From: Candidatus Poribacteria bacterium | Lineage (GTDB): Bacteria > Poribacteria > WGA-4E > WGA-3G | Assembly: GCA_965214095.1 (NCBI GenBank) | Contig: OZ243938.1 | Location: 2,112,001 to 2,176,000, forward strand | Reading direction: 5' to 3' | DNA: 64,000 nt | Shown: positions 51,565 to 61,833 of the stretch, in pieces | Position numbering within the stretch: position 1 is the first letter of the stretch | How the letters are laid out: each line of letters starts with the position of its first letter | Program-made: the position numbers and the translations under genes | The notes under the pieces: model-generated | What the model saw: the letters and a program-made list of their open reading frames with translations, nothing else | Told to the model about the DNA's origin: nothing | The model's database searches: none

Positions 51565-52072
51565 TGGTAGGCGAGGTTTCCTAACCTCGCAATTACCCAC
51601 CACCATCACACCGTAGCCGCGCAACGCATTACGCCTCTTACATTCTCCCCGACATCCGAGACATCCGTGAAAATCCGCGATTCAGACCCACGGTAGGCGA
51701 GGTTTCCTAACCTCGCTCTTCATAGCCTCAGTTTCCAACCACGACAATCCCGTAGGAACGAAATGTATATCAAAATACTACAATGAAATTCAAAATAATA
51801 TTGACCATATACTACAACTAGTAGTATTATATAAACATAATAAGACAATAAATAATAACAAATATTAATTAACAATAATGAAGTCATATTATACCATTCT
51901 AACAGATCATCTAACATTAAGAACAAACGCCTTCGTAGTCGCGCAATTCATTGTGTCTCACATTGTTGGAGTGGTTTCTAACCCCGAGGCAAAGTAGTAG
52001 GCACGCTCCGCGTGCCGTCCTCTTGTTGGAGCAGTTTCCAACCGTGACAGCCCCAGCGGGACGAAAGGTTTA
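51565..52072. repeat. cluster of GTAG/GTTG-initiated REP-like palindromes
   Basis: GGTAGGCGAGGTTTCCTAACCTCGC x2, GTAGTAGGCACGCTCCGCGTGCC and GTTGGAG..GTTTC.AACC; more copies at 53265-53435, 56025-56090, 59135-59200 and 61570-61815. Confidence 0.75.
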
Positions 52073-52102
52073 TCAAATGCAAACACAAACTGGAGATATA
52101 TT

Positions 52103-53233
52103 TTGAAAACACACAATTGGATTGTTAGTATCATTGTTGTAATCGTATTAAGTCTATTTGGAATAAGTTGTGGAACTGATAGTGACGATCAAAAAGTGGA
52201 TTTACAAGAAAATGAGTTAGACACGCTCTATAAGGAACTCACTGGAACTTACGTTTTGAACAAGATAGAACTGCTCTTACCTGAAAACCCTGAATATGAA
52301 CCTGATTCTGAAAATCCCTTTATTTCCACGGACATTGAGGGTACTATGGTAATCACAGCAGACCAGGTAATGAAACAGAGGACAAAAGTAGCTGATTCAG
52401 ACATTTTTGACTTATTGAACTTAGAGCTCTCTTTTGACATATTGATAGACGAGCAAGTATTCGTGCTCACAGAAGTTAGCGAAGAATTTCAGTCTGCTGC
52501 TATTAGAATGAAATATACATGGGATGGAGAAGTCCTAAAACTAACCTTTGTTCTTCAAGAATATACTTACTTTGAGCCTACATATTTTCATTTTAATCAA
52601 TATTGGCAAAAGAAATCAAACAATATAGAAGATCTCCCACCTATCACAGAGGATGAACCGTCAGAACCGATAAAAGTAGGTTTCGATGCTGCATTTGTAA
52701 GTGCTACACCCGCATCTGGTGCCGAGTTAGCTGCAAATGACATCATCACCATAACATTTGACAATAATCCCGGAGACGTAACAGCCAGTATAGGGGAAGT
52801 CAGTGGGTCAGGTAAATCAAGAAATATTGAAGGAGACTTCCCTCTCGGTGACATTACCATCACAATTGAGTGGACAGGCGGTGACGGCAGCATAACACTT
52901 TCCTATACAGTCATTCCAATCGATAACACCCCTCCCAGTGTAATATTCAGTCGTCCCCAAGATGGTAGTGAAGGCATTGATCCAGGTGCATTATTTGATG
53001 AAGAAATCACTGTTGTCTTTGATGAACATATCACTGGAGACCTCACGCTTCTGGAGAACGGAGATGATCTCCATTGGATTTCCATCACTGACGAGGACAC
53101 AATCATACTAAGTCCAATTGCTGGTGCAGAACTCGCCAATGAAACTGAATATCTTATTACTGGAATAGTAGCTGATCGTGCTGGCAATGAAACCGAGGTT
53201 AGCATTACTTTTGTTACCGCTGCCTTGGAGTGA
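52103..53233 (+). CDS. lipoprotein with C-terminal Ig-like (Big_5-type) domains
   Basis: GGAG RBS, lipobox GISC; DNTPPSVIFSRPQDG..ITVVFDE..VADRAGN. Confidence 0.75.
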   Translation: MKTHNWIVSIIVVIVLSLFGISCGTDSDDQKVDLQENELDTLYKELTGTYVLNKIELLLPENPEYEPDSENPFISTDIEGTMVITADQVMKQRTKVADSDIFDLLNLELSFDILIDEQVFVLTEVSEEFQSAAIRMKYTWDGEVLKLTFVLQEYTYFEPTYFHFNQYWQKKSNNIEDLPPITEDEPSEPIKVGFDAAFVSATPASGAELAANDIITITFDNNPGDVTASIGEVSGSGKSRNIEGDFPLGDITITIEWTGGDGSITLSYTVIPIDNTPPSVIFSRPQDGSEGIDPGALFDEEITVVFDEHITGDLTLLENGDDLHWISITDEDTIILSPIAGAELANETEYLITGIVADRAGNETEVSITFVTAALE

Positions 53234-53574
53234 TCAAATATATATCTTTTCCACCACCATCACACCGTAGGCGAGGTCTCCTAACCTCGCAATTGATGGA
53301 TCGGTTTCCCACCGCAATGCAAAGTAGTAGGCACACTCCGTGTGCCGTATCACATCAGTGTTTTTTCAAAGTAGTATGCACACGCCGTGTGCCGTTTACA
53401 AAAGGCTTACGGCACGCGGAGCGTGCCTACTACCATGAATGTAAGAGTGCCGTTTAGAACCCGCTCCAACAAAAGTAATAATTCACGCTAATATTGACTA
53501 TATTAGTCAGAAATGATACAATCACAAAATAACTTAGAAAATTCTCATCAAACAACACACATAGGAGAAAAACC

Positions 53575-55455
53575 TTGAAAAACCTATATACACAAAAAAA
53601 CATCATAACATCCACCTTACTACTCCTCATCCTCACAATCACACCGCACGGACAAGCAGCGGACAAAAGCGTCCAACTTCCAGACGGAGCAACCGCGCGC
53701 CTCGGTAAAGGACGCATCTACACCATGCAATACACCGAAGATGGTACACGTCTTGCACTCGCAACATCAATGGGAATATGGCTCTATGACACCATCAATT
53801 TTACAGAAATATACCTACTCAAGAAACATAGAGATAATGTCATGAATATGGCTTTTAGTCCAGATGGCAAAATCCTCGCAACTGCTGACCGAAGGGGCAC
53901 AATCCACTTATGGAATACAGACACAGGAGAACACGAACTTGAACTATCAGATGACGAAGGTGTTGTCAAGATCATTTTCAGCAATGATGGTGCGATATTT
54001 GGCATGATAACTGTAAGAGGATCCGTGAAGTTATGGGACACGCTCACTTGGGAAGAGAAAGAGAAGTATAGTAATATCCTCAACTTTCGCGCACAAGGCA
54101 TTTTCAGTACGGCACTCAGTCCAAATAGTTTTGACATCGCAGCCGGGGATCAAAACGGACTTGTCACAATCTACGACCCTTTCTCAAACACCAAAAAGCA
54201 TGAATTGGAAGGACTTCACCACATAGTAAATCCAGTCGTATTCAGTTCCGATGATAGTCTCATTGTAGCAAGCAATTTCAACAGTATCTGCTGGTGGGAC
54301 ATAGAGAAAGAAGAAATGATGCATCTGATTGGCGATGACTTGTATGTGAGGGCACTGACCTTTAGTCCGGATGATAGTCTAATAGCAAGTGGAAGCGTTC
54401 GCGGAGATATACGTTTGTGGGATGTTAATACAGGTGAACAGCGACAAGAGATGAAAGGGCACACAGCCGAAGTCATTGATATCGCCTTCAGTTCCGATTT
54501 ACGCACAGTTGCCAGCGCGAGTGTGGATGGGAGTGTGCGTATCTGGGATGTCTTTTCCGGCAAAGAACTCCATGTATTTGATGGACATTTCGGCAATTTC
54601 ACCTGTTTAGATGTGAGTCCTGATGGGAAAACAGTGGTTGCCCCAACGCACGACCTCACCGTCTGTTTGTGGAATCTGGACTCTGCCAAACTGGACACAA
54701 CGTTTGACAAAGAAGGGTTCTATGGTGTCGCTGAAGTTGTCTTCAATCCCAATGGCAAAACAATCGCCACAGCCAGTTATGGAAAGTTTATCAGCATGTG
54801 GGATCGTGAAACAGGTAAACAAATCAGCAGGTTAGGTGGACACAAAGGGCATGTATTTTCCGCTGCCTTCAGTCCAGATGGCAAGAAGCTTGTTACTGGC
54901 AGCGATGATACGACCGTTCGACTGTGGGATACGGAGACATATCAAGTGAAGCATATCCTGAAAGGGCATGAACTTGGGGTCACAAGTGTCGCTTTCAGTC
55001 CAGACGGCACAACAATCGCCAGTGGCGGCAAAGATGCAACCGTCAGAATCTGGGATGCAAACACCGGTGCGGAAAAGTATGTGCTGACAGGACATGAGTC
55101 GGGTGTGTTAGGAGTCGCCTATCGTCCGGACGGCACGACCCTTGCTACCGTTGCAGAAACGGAAATCATCATGATGTGGGACATAACCACAGGTAAAGAC
55201 AGTAACACTATAATGAGCGAAGGGTCTGATTTCTCAAGTATCGTCTTCCATCCGGATGGCGATGTGGTAGCGACTGGAAGTCGTTCAGGTGTTGTCCAAC
55301 TTTTCAACATCAACTCAGGATTATCGTTGCGCAAGTTTTCAGGACATCTGAAGCAAGTAACGGATCTTGCCTTTGCTGCAAATGGCGATAAACTTATCAC
55401 CCGTTCAGACGATGGCGTTCTGTATGTATGGGATGTTGCGAATGTAGATCATTAG
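53575..55455 (+). CDS. secreted WD40-repeat protein
   Basis: AGGAG RBS, signal peptide, LPDGATARLGKG, many GH..V..VAFSPDG..ASG..D.TVRLWD repeats. Confidence 0.9.
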   Translation: MKNLYTQKNIITSTLLLLILTITPHGQAADKSVQLPDGATARLGKGRIYTMQYTEDGTRLALATSMGIWLYDTINFTEIYLLKKHRDNVMNMAFSPDGKILATADRRGTIHLWNTDTGEHELELSDDEGVVKIIFSNDGAIFGMITVRGSVKLWDTLTWEEKEKYSNILNFRAQGIFSTALSPNSFDIAAGDQNGLVTIYDPFSNTKKHELEGLHHIVNPVVFSSDDSLIVASNFNSICWWDIEKEEMMHLIGDDLYVRALTFSPDDSLIASGSVRGDIRLWDVNTGEQRQEMKGHTAEVIDIAFSSDLRTVASASVDGSVRIWDVFSGKELHVFDGHFGNFTCLDVSPDGKTVVAPTHDLTVCLWNLDSAKLDTTFDKEGFYGVAEVVFNPNGKTIATASYGKFISMWDRETGKQISRLGGHKGHVFSAAFSPDGKKLVTGSDDTTVRLWDTETYQVKHILKGHELGVTSVAFSPDGTTIASGGKDATVRIWDANTGAEKYVLTGHESGVLGVAYRPDGTTLATVAETEIIMMWDITTGKDSNTIMSEGSDFSSIVFHPDGDVVATGSRSGVVQLFNINSGLSLRKFSGHLKQVTDLAFAANGDKLITRSDDGVLYVWDVANVDH

Positions 55456-55599
55456 GTTTCCAACAGCGAATTGTCTGAACCAGGATTTTTAGATTTCCAA
55501 GATTACGAGTTTGGCTCTCCCAAGTTCCTATTCCCAGTTTGACGTTGCAATGGAAAGGGAACGGCTATAGTGTTGAGATTGAAGTAGGTGAGATATAAA

Positions 55600-55790
55600 A
55601 TTTCTCAGAGATGCTACCCTCGTTTGGTTTCGGGGAGTTACCCGAGTGTTGGACACTCAGGTCGACCATGAGAGGAACAGCATCCCTGAAAAATCGCCAT
55701 TCAGCGATACGGTTGATATGTTTATCAGTCCTGGTAAATATGTAGTGGACATCAAGACTCTGACCACTACGTCACGATGTTTAGTAAAGT
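55600..55790 (-). ncRNA. candidate orphan structured RNA
   Basis: Promoter TTGAAT-17-TATAAT with TGn (55797-55825, minus). Stems TCAGAGATGCT/AGCATCCCTGA, GAGTGT/ACACTC and GTAGTGG/CCACTAC; no downstream gene. Confidence 0.45.
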
Positions 55791-56107
55791 AATGTAATTA
55801 TATCATGATAATAGTATAAATTCAAATTTATTTTGACACCTTATATTACGATTTCGTGTTTTGAATTTTGAGATTGTGTCTGAACCAGGATTTTCAGGAT
55901 TTGTAGATTTGCAGGATTAGAGGTTGGTTTGTTTAGGTTCTATTCTTATGATATAGTTTATCTTCTGATTGGCACTTTGATATTTCATTCTCTTTTCCTG
56001 AAAATGCTGGTTTAGAGAATAAATAAATCGTGGTTTTAAACCACTGCAACAAGCGTATGTAAGAACGGCACGCGGAGCGTGCCTACTACTATCAATCGGT
56101 TCACAAA

Positions 56108-56756
56108 TTATTTTCTAATCAACATCTTACGCGTTGCAGCATAGTGAGCAGTAGTGAGGGTGTAAAAATACACACCGCTGGCAACCTTTTCACCGAATTC
56201 GTTTTTACCATCCCAATATGCGGCGCGGGATCGGTGTTGATAGATACCCGCAGGTTGATGTCCAAGCGTCAACGTCCGCACCAGTGTGCCGTTGAGTGTA
56301 TGGATGGATAACGTAACTTCAGCATCTTTTGCTAAGTGATACGGTATCCACGTCTCTGGGTTGAACGGGTTGGGGTAGTTAAACAGGAGTACGGTTTCCT
56401 TCGGTGTCAAAGTCTGTAATAGATTTTCCAGAAAGCGTAGACCTTGCTGAAAGTTGGGGTCTGGTAAGTTGAGTTGACGTGCTTCTTTTAACCATGCTGT
56501 CACCGTTGCACGTGGAGGCAGATCATCAGGATGGAGACTTGATATGGCAGGTGCAGCAGTGTCCGCGCTCCCAATTGCCATTGCGACGAGTGTCAAATCC
56601 ACGATATTGACGACACCGTCTGCGTTAACATCGGCTGCATGTTTGCCTATTTTGCCGAAATTCACTGCAATAAAGGAGAGATCTAAGATGTTGACGACAC
56701 CATCCTGATTCACATCTTCGTGCATGAACATTGGGACGATTATGTCTGTGGATGCA
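56108..56756 (-). pseudogene. C-terminal remnant (dockerin + FlgD/T9SS-like CTD) next to the IS right end
   Basis: EDVNQDGVVNILDL, ADVNADGVVNIVDL, NYPNPFNPETWIPY..TRKMLIRK. The ORF-track TTG start lies inside the IS end, and there is no signal peptide. Confidence 0.75.
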
Positions 56757-56761
56757 TTCAA

Positions 56762-58024
56762 CTACCCAAGCCTAAAGGCCTTTGGATTGTTAAGAGGTTC
56801 AAACAGCGATAACTGAATGATTTTCTTCTCCATAGCCTTTGTTACTTCGTTCTTGTTTCTCGTTTCATAGAGGGTGGCACCCCACCGCTCTCCACGACGG
56901 GCAGTAGCTGCCCGAAAAAGTCCGTTTATTGCAGCGTTGTGGTCTCGGTCAAGCGAGTGTCCACAATATCCGCAGTTGAATGTCCGCACCGATAGCGATA
57001 ACTTTTTCGGTGCTTTCTGTCCGCAGCAAGAGCAAGTTTGCGAGGTGTTCTTCGGATCAACTTGGTGGAAATGGAAACCGTCTCTTTCGGCTATGTTCCC
57101 ACACCACTCAAAGAAGTGTGCCCAAGACGCATCGCTGATACTCTTGCTGAGGTGTTTGTTCTGAACCATATTGGCAGTATTTAGATTTTCGGTTACCAAG
57201 ACATTATTTTTCTTATGATGGTAGAGTTTGTAAACGAGTTTACCAATAAAGTCTCTGCGTCTGTTTACAGTGCGCTCCTGATGTAAAGCGAGTTTGTGGT
57301 GTTGTTTCTTTCTACGGTGAGAACCTAACTTTTTACGAGAAAGGTCTTTAGCGTGCTTGCGGAGTAATCCCTCCGCTTTGCGATACCAACGCGGGTTGTC
57401 AACTTTTTCACCCTCAGATGTCGTCAAATAGTGGTTCGTGCCGACATCAACGGCAACAGCACGGGTCGGTTCCACTTTCGGCGTATCACCGATGTCGCAG
57501 GAGATATGTGCATACCACCCGGTTGCTTTTTTCACGATAGTAACCTCTTTCGGGTCACCTTGAATGGGACGGGACATCCGCATTTTGATTTCACCGAGTT
57601 TGGGCACAATCAGTCTATCTAAACGGTGCTTCGTTGGACGAATAGGATTTTGACGAATGCCTGCTTTGTTCTTACGTAGACTCCAGGTGAGAGAACGGAT
57701 ACGTTTGCGATAGCGTGGGAATCCCGGTTTTTCACCACCTTGTTTGACACGACGGAAAAAGTTCGCAAAAGCTTTGTTCACACGTTGAAGTGCGTGTTTC
57801 TGAAACTCTTGCGGCACAATGTCGAAGTCTTCATACTTTGCACGTGCTTGTGTCAGAAGTCGACACTGTTCAGCATAACTTACAGAACGTTTCTCTTCTT
57901 CATACGCACGCATACGATTCAGTCGCGCTGAGTTGTGTAACTCACACAAATGCGAAAGATATTGATATAACTCGGTTTCTTGCGTAGGTGTCGGATACAA
58001 GCGGTATTTGAACGTTAAAACCAT
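56762..58024 (-). CDS. tnpB: RNA-guided endonuclease TnpB
   Basis: FKYRLYPT, GFPRY, RuvC AVDVG / VTENL / DRDHNAA, Zn finger TSQTCSCCG..FNCGYCG. Confidence 0.95.
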   Translation of the reverse strand: MVLTFKYRLYPTPTQETELYQYLSHLCELHNSARLNRMRAYEEEKRSVSYAEQCRLLTQARAKYEDFDIVPQEFQKHALQRVNKAFANFFRRVKQGGEKPGFPRYRKRIRSLTWSLRKNKAGIRQNPIRPTKHRLDRLIVPKLGEIKMRMSRPIQGDPKEVTIVKKATGWYAHISCDIGDTPKVEPTRAVAVDVGTNHYLTTSEGEKVDNPRWYRKAEGLLRKHAKDLSRKKLGSHRRKKQHHKLALHQERTVNRRRDFIGKLVYKLYHHKKNNVLVTENLNTANMVQNKHLSKSISDASWAHFFEWCGNIAERDGFHFHQVDPKNTSQTCSCCGQKAPKKLSLSVRTFNCGYCGHSLDRDHNAAINGLFRAATARRGERWGATLYETRNKNEVTKAMEKKIIQLSLFEPLNNPKAFRLG

Positions 58025-58440
58025 TATTTACCTCGCTGGTTCTCTACATACTTGCGAAGCACTTCTAAAGTGATACCCCCTATGGAGGCGATAAATTTAG
58101 AACGCGTCCAAAGCGAGGGAATACGAGATTTCAGAGAGGGATACTCATCACGCAACACACGAGAAGTCCAACCTTTGATCCTGCCAACGACAGATGCAGG
58201 AGCGAGTTGGGGACTGCTACTCATCAGAATATGAACATAGTCATCCATCACTTCACAGGCGTGCACTTCATACCCATAAACCTCTTGTTGTTCATAGATC
58301 AGTGTTTTGAGCCGTTCAGCAATAGGAGAGACAAGCACAGGACGACGATATTTTGTGCACCAAATCACATGGTAATCACAACTATAGACTAAAGAATGAG
58401 TTGATTTGTAGGTAGAGGGTTTTTCTTTAATTTCTAACAT
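58024..58440 (-). CDS. tnpA: Y1 transposase TnpA (HUH motif altered to YVH)
   Basis: YHVIWCTKYRR, DDYVHIL, IKGWTS, LWTRS, KYVENQ. Confidence 0.92.
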   Translation of the reverse strand: MLEIKEKPSTYKSTHSLVYSCDYHVIWCTKYRRPVLVSPIAERLKTLIYEQQEVYGYEVHACEVMDDYVHILMSSSPQLAPASVVGRIKGWTSRVLRDEYPSLKSRIPSLWTRSKFIASIGGITLEVLRKYVENQRGK

Positions 58441-58473
58441 GTTATCTATTTATTTATTAGATATATGTTATAT

Positions 58474-58502
58474 ATAATAATATATATTTAGTTAATAGTC
58501 AA
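58474..58502 (-). promoter_or_regulatory. tnpA-tnpB promoter
   Basis: TTGACT-17nt-TATTAT just inside the LE. Confidence 0.65.
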
Positions 58503-58682
58503 ATATATTTGGGCTAAAGCAAAGAAAAGTCCTCATATCCCAAGTCTAAAGACTTGGGCTTCACGGACTATGAGAGGTGAAAGGGTTTGGGAATTGAAGA
58601 CAACTGAATCATAAGTGATTTTGGGTGGGAATTATGTGAATTTGTCTGAACCAAGATTTTCAGGATTGGTAGATTTTCAGGA

Positions 58683-59099
58683 TTGGTGTTTTGGGCTTTA
58701 AAGTTTCTTTCAGAGTATCAGCGTATTCTTTTGAATGTCAGTGACATCATCGTAGAAAATCTACCACCCAAAGCTGCAGCAGCCCTAAAAGAGTATGATG
58801 AGATACAGTTAGCATCTGATGCTTTAACTACCGAGTTAACATCCCTTTTGAAAGCAAGACCTATAGACATAAATGCTATAAATCCATTAACTGAAAAATT
58901 GAATAAGCTAAATCAGCAGCATTTTGACACCCTTGAAATACTTGCCTTATACTCTGACAAAGCATCCAAGCAACTCAAAGGATTAATAGAAACGAAAAAA
59001 GTAACTGATAGAATGATGGCTGAAACTAAAATGGATATCAAAGAATTTAGAAAAACGATGGAAGATGCAGAACGGATATTGGAGGAATTAACTAAGTAA
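58683..59099 (+). pseudogene. 3' fragment of an alpha-helical protein gene
   Basis: Protein-like amphipathic sequence, but the start lies in a dispersed repeat with no RBS. Confidence 0.45.
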
Positions 59100-59227
59100 G
59101 GAATGCGAACATGAAAGCAGTGCTTACATGCAAACATTGTTGGAGTGGTTTCCAACCACGATTGATGGAGAAAGATGGTAGCGCGAGGTCTCAGTGCCTC
59201 GCCATATCTAGTATCGTCTAACAACGG

Positions 59228-59398
59228 ATGGCGGGTGATGATCCGTCTCTGATGGACTATTACATTACGGGGAGTGGTCAGGAATACCAAGTGGTATTTC
59301 TGCCGGCGCGTGGCACCCACGGGACGATATTGGTGGATATTGATGCGAGATCTGATGTCGGATATGGTGTTCTCCGTGTCGCTGAGAGATGTATCTAA
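59228..59398 (+). pseudogene. Ig-like domain gene fragment
   Basis: MAGDDPSLMDYYITGSGQEYQVVFLPARGTHGTILVDIDA..*; beta-strand pattern of surface Ig domains. Confidence 0.35.
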
Positions 59399-59556
59399 TA
59401 CATATATCTCTCGCATCTGTTAATATCTAGACGACTAGAAGATGAGAGGAAACATTTGCTGAACAACTTGACGATATTCAGTGGGACTAAGTCAATCCGC
59501 GTCCTGCCACGATTGTTGGAGCGGTTAGAAACTACTCCAACAATATAAGAAAGAGA

Positions 59557-61491
59557 TTATAGAGTTGAATCAAGGTCCCACAAATATATGATACCAACTC
59601 TTGGCTTGTTGCTATTCGAATGGAGGTTCAGACTGATAAGTTTTTTCCCATCTGAAGTAAATGCCACCTTCTTAACCCCTTTCCGATTCCCCTTGATCGT
59701 CTGTATAGGTTTCATTGTGTCGGCATGATAGATAGTAATCTCTCCAACTGTATCACCAAACGCAAGCGATTTTCCATCGGGACTGAAAGCAACGCTGGAT
59801 ATCGGTGTTTTGTGCTTTACCAATACACTCTTTCGCTCACCAGTGTCAACATCCCACAGATAGATATCTTCGGTATGTCCCGCAGTGGCAATGACTCTTC
59901 CATCGGGACTGAAGGCAAGTTCGGCAACACTTTTTCCATGTTCCGGGATGACTCTCTTTAACTCAGCAGTGTTCGCATCCCATAGATGAACGGTCCTATC
60001 TAGGCCACCACTTGCGAGCGTTTGTCCATCCGGACTGTACGCAATACACATCACAGAATCCGTATGTCCATTGAACGTTTGATGCGTTACACTTACCTCA
60101 GCTGAATTGAGATCCCACAAACGGACAGTCTGATCTTTACTACCACTTGCGATCGTTTTTCCGTCTGGACTGAAGGCGAGACATGAGACATGCGAAGTAT
60201 GTCCTCTTAAGGCATTTATACGCTGAGCTGGGTTCACACCTTTTAGCCGGATGATATATGGGAATTCCCCAATAGCCGTAGTTTCACCATCCGGACTGAT
60301 CGCAATAGCTGAAGCAGTATAGCCGTGTCTCACGAGTTTGTCCTCTAATGCACCTGATGTTGCATCCCAAGTATAGACGGATCTGAGTGATGACAGACTT
60401 GTAATCGTTTTTCCATCGGCACTTAAGGCAAAGGATTCGAATTCATCGTGATCTTCTGCTACTGTCTGTATCAGTGCACCGGAGATGATGTTCCAAATAC
60501 GGAGACTTCCATCATCGCTACAACTTGCCAGCGACCGCTGATCGGGACTGAATGCGATATCAAGCACATTTTCACGATGTCCTTGAAGCGTTCTTTTATG
60601 CTCACCAGTGCTTGTATCCCACAAAAAGATAGTGCCATTGCTGTACCCAGCGGCTATTAGACTGCCATCTGCACTGAACCTGATTTTATGCACACCCAGT
60701 CTCCGAGTAAGATTGTGTAGCTGCTGACCTGTTTCCGTATCCCACAGATAAACATTGTGGTTCCCATCACTTGTTACCAACTTGGTTCCATCCGGACTGA
60801 ACACAATGTTCCTAGCTCCAAATTTGTGTCCAGCGAGTTTATGTTTGTGCTCTCCTGTTTCCGTATCCCATAAAGAGATCGTCTCCCGTGTATTTCCGAC
60901 AGCGAGTAGAGAGCCATTAGGGTTCAACGCAATGATGCGATGATAAACAGTAATTGTCTTGTCATCATTTTTCTTATCATCTTTGAAGAGTGTTTTCTTT
61001 ATATCACCCGTTTCAATATCGTACAAGTTGATACCACTGTCTAACACATCACTTTTAGCATAAGTTTTCCCATCCGCACTGAAAGCGAAACTATAAGCAA
61101 CACCCTTCCAAGGCAATTCAATCTTTGTTGTGCCTGTATCCGTATCCCACAGCACTACATCAGCTTTAGAGTGTCCGTATCTTGCGAGTAAGTTGCCATC
61201 TGGTCTAAACGCTATGTGTTTTGAATACATAGCCTGTTTTTTCAGCACTTTTATGGGTTGGAATGTGGTTGTATCGTATATCCATATCCCTGTAGGACTT
61301 GAAGATGCAAGCAACTTGCCATCTGGCGAATAGGAGATATCATCAATTTGTCCTTTACCGATCCGTGCGATCGCGCCTTCGGGTCGTGCCAATGATGTGT
61401 TGAAAATCTCTTGTGCAATGCTTGCGGGTGTGTGGTATATCAACAGGTATAGTAGCGTTATTATTGTGAGTAGATGTGATTTTCTTAACAT
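59557..61491 (-). CDS. secreted WD40-repeat protein
   Basis: GGAGG RBS, signal peptide, PEGAIARIGKG, many WD40 repeats; paralog of 53575-55455. Confidence 0.9.
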   Translation of the reverse strand: MLRKSHLLTIITLLYLLIYHTPASIAQEIFNTSLARPEGAIARIGKGQIDDISYSPDGKLLASSSPTGIWIYDTTTFQPIKVLKKQAMYSKHIAFRPDGNLLARYGHSKADVVLWDTDTGTTKIELPWKGVAYSFAFSADGKTYAKSDVLDSGINLYDIETGDIKKTLFKDDKKNDDKTITVYHRIIALNPNGSLLAVGNTRETISLWDTETGEHKHKLAGHKFGARNIVFSPDGTKLVTSDGNHNVYLWDTETGQQLHNLTRRLGVHKIRFSADGSLIAAGYSNGTIFLWDTSTGEHKRTLQGHRENVLDIAFSPDQRSLASCSDDGSLRIWNIISGALIQTVAEDHDEFESFALSADGKTITSLSSLRSVYTWDATSGALEDKLVRHGYTASAIAISPDGETTAIGEFPYIIRLKGVNPAQRINALRGHTSHVSCLAFSPDGKTIASGSKDQTVRLWDLNSAEVSVTHQTFNGHTDSVMCIAYSPDGQTLASGGLDRTVHLWDANTAELKRVIPEHGKSVAELAFSPDGRVIATAGHTEDIYLWDVDTGERKSVLVKHKTPISSVAFSPDGKSLAFGDTVGEITIYHADTMKPIQTIKGNRKGVKKVAFTSDGKKLISLNLHSNSNKPRVGIIYLWDLDSTL

Positions 61492-61833
61492 TTCGTTGCC
61501 CTCCTTCCATGTGTTTGGTTAGATAGGATTATACCTGATGGTGCGTGTGTATGTCAATATGGTTTCTTTGTTGGAGCGGTTTCTAACCCGGATTGTCAGG
61601 ACCAAGATTTTCAGGATTTTTAGATTTTCAGATTTTCAGGATTATAGCGTGAAATATCAAAGTTCCATTCAAAAAATAAAGGTCAAATTGTAGATATGGA
61701 ACTGGAGTCCCAATCTTATAATCCTGTGAATCCTGGTTCAGACAATAAGGAGATGTGTCACGGAGACCCGCGCTACAATGGATAGCGGCAATCGTGGTTT
61801 TAAACCGCTCCTACAATGGAAGAGAAACCGCAC

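Larger units (their letters stand above)
56757..58576 (-). mobile_element. IS200/IS605-family element (tnpA-tnpB), 1820 bp
   Basis: Minus strand: TTCAC|..GAAG-CCCAAGTCTTTAGACTTGGG (LE) ... CAAT-CCAAAGGCCTTTAGGCTTGGG-TAGT-TGAA| (RE). Confidence 0.92.
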
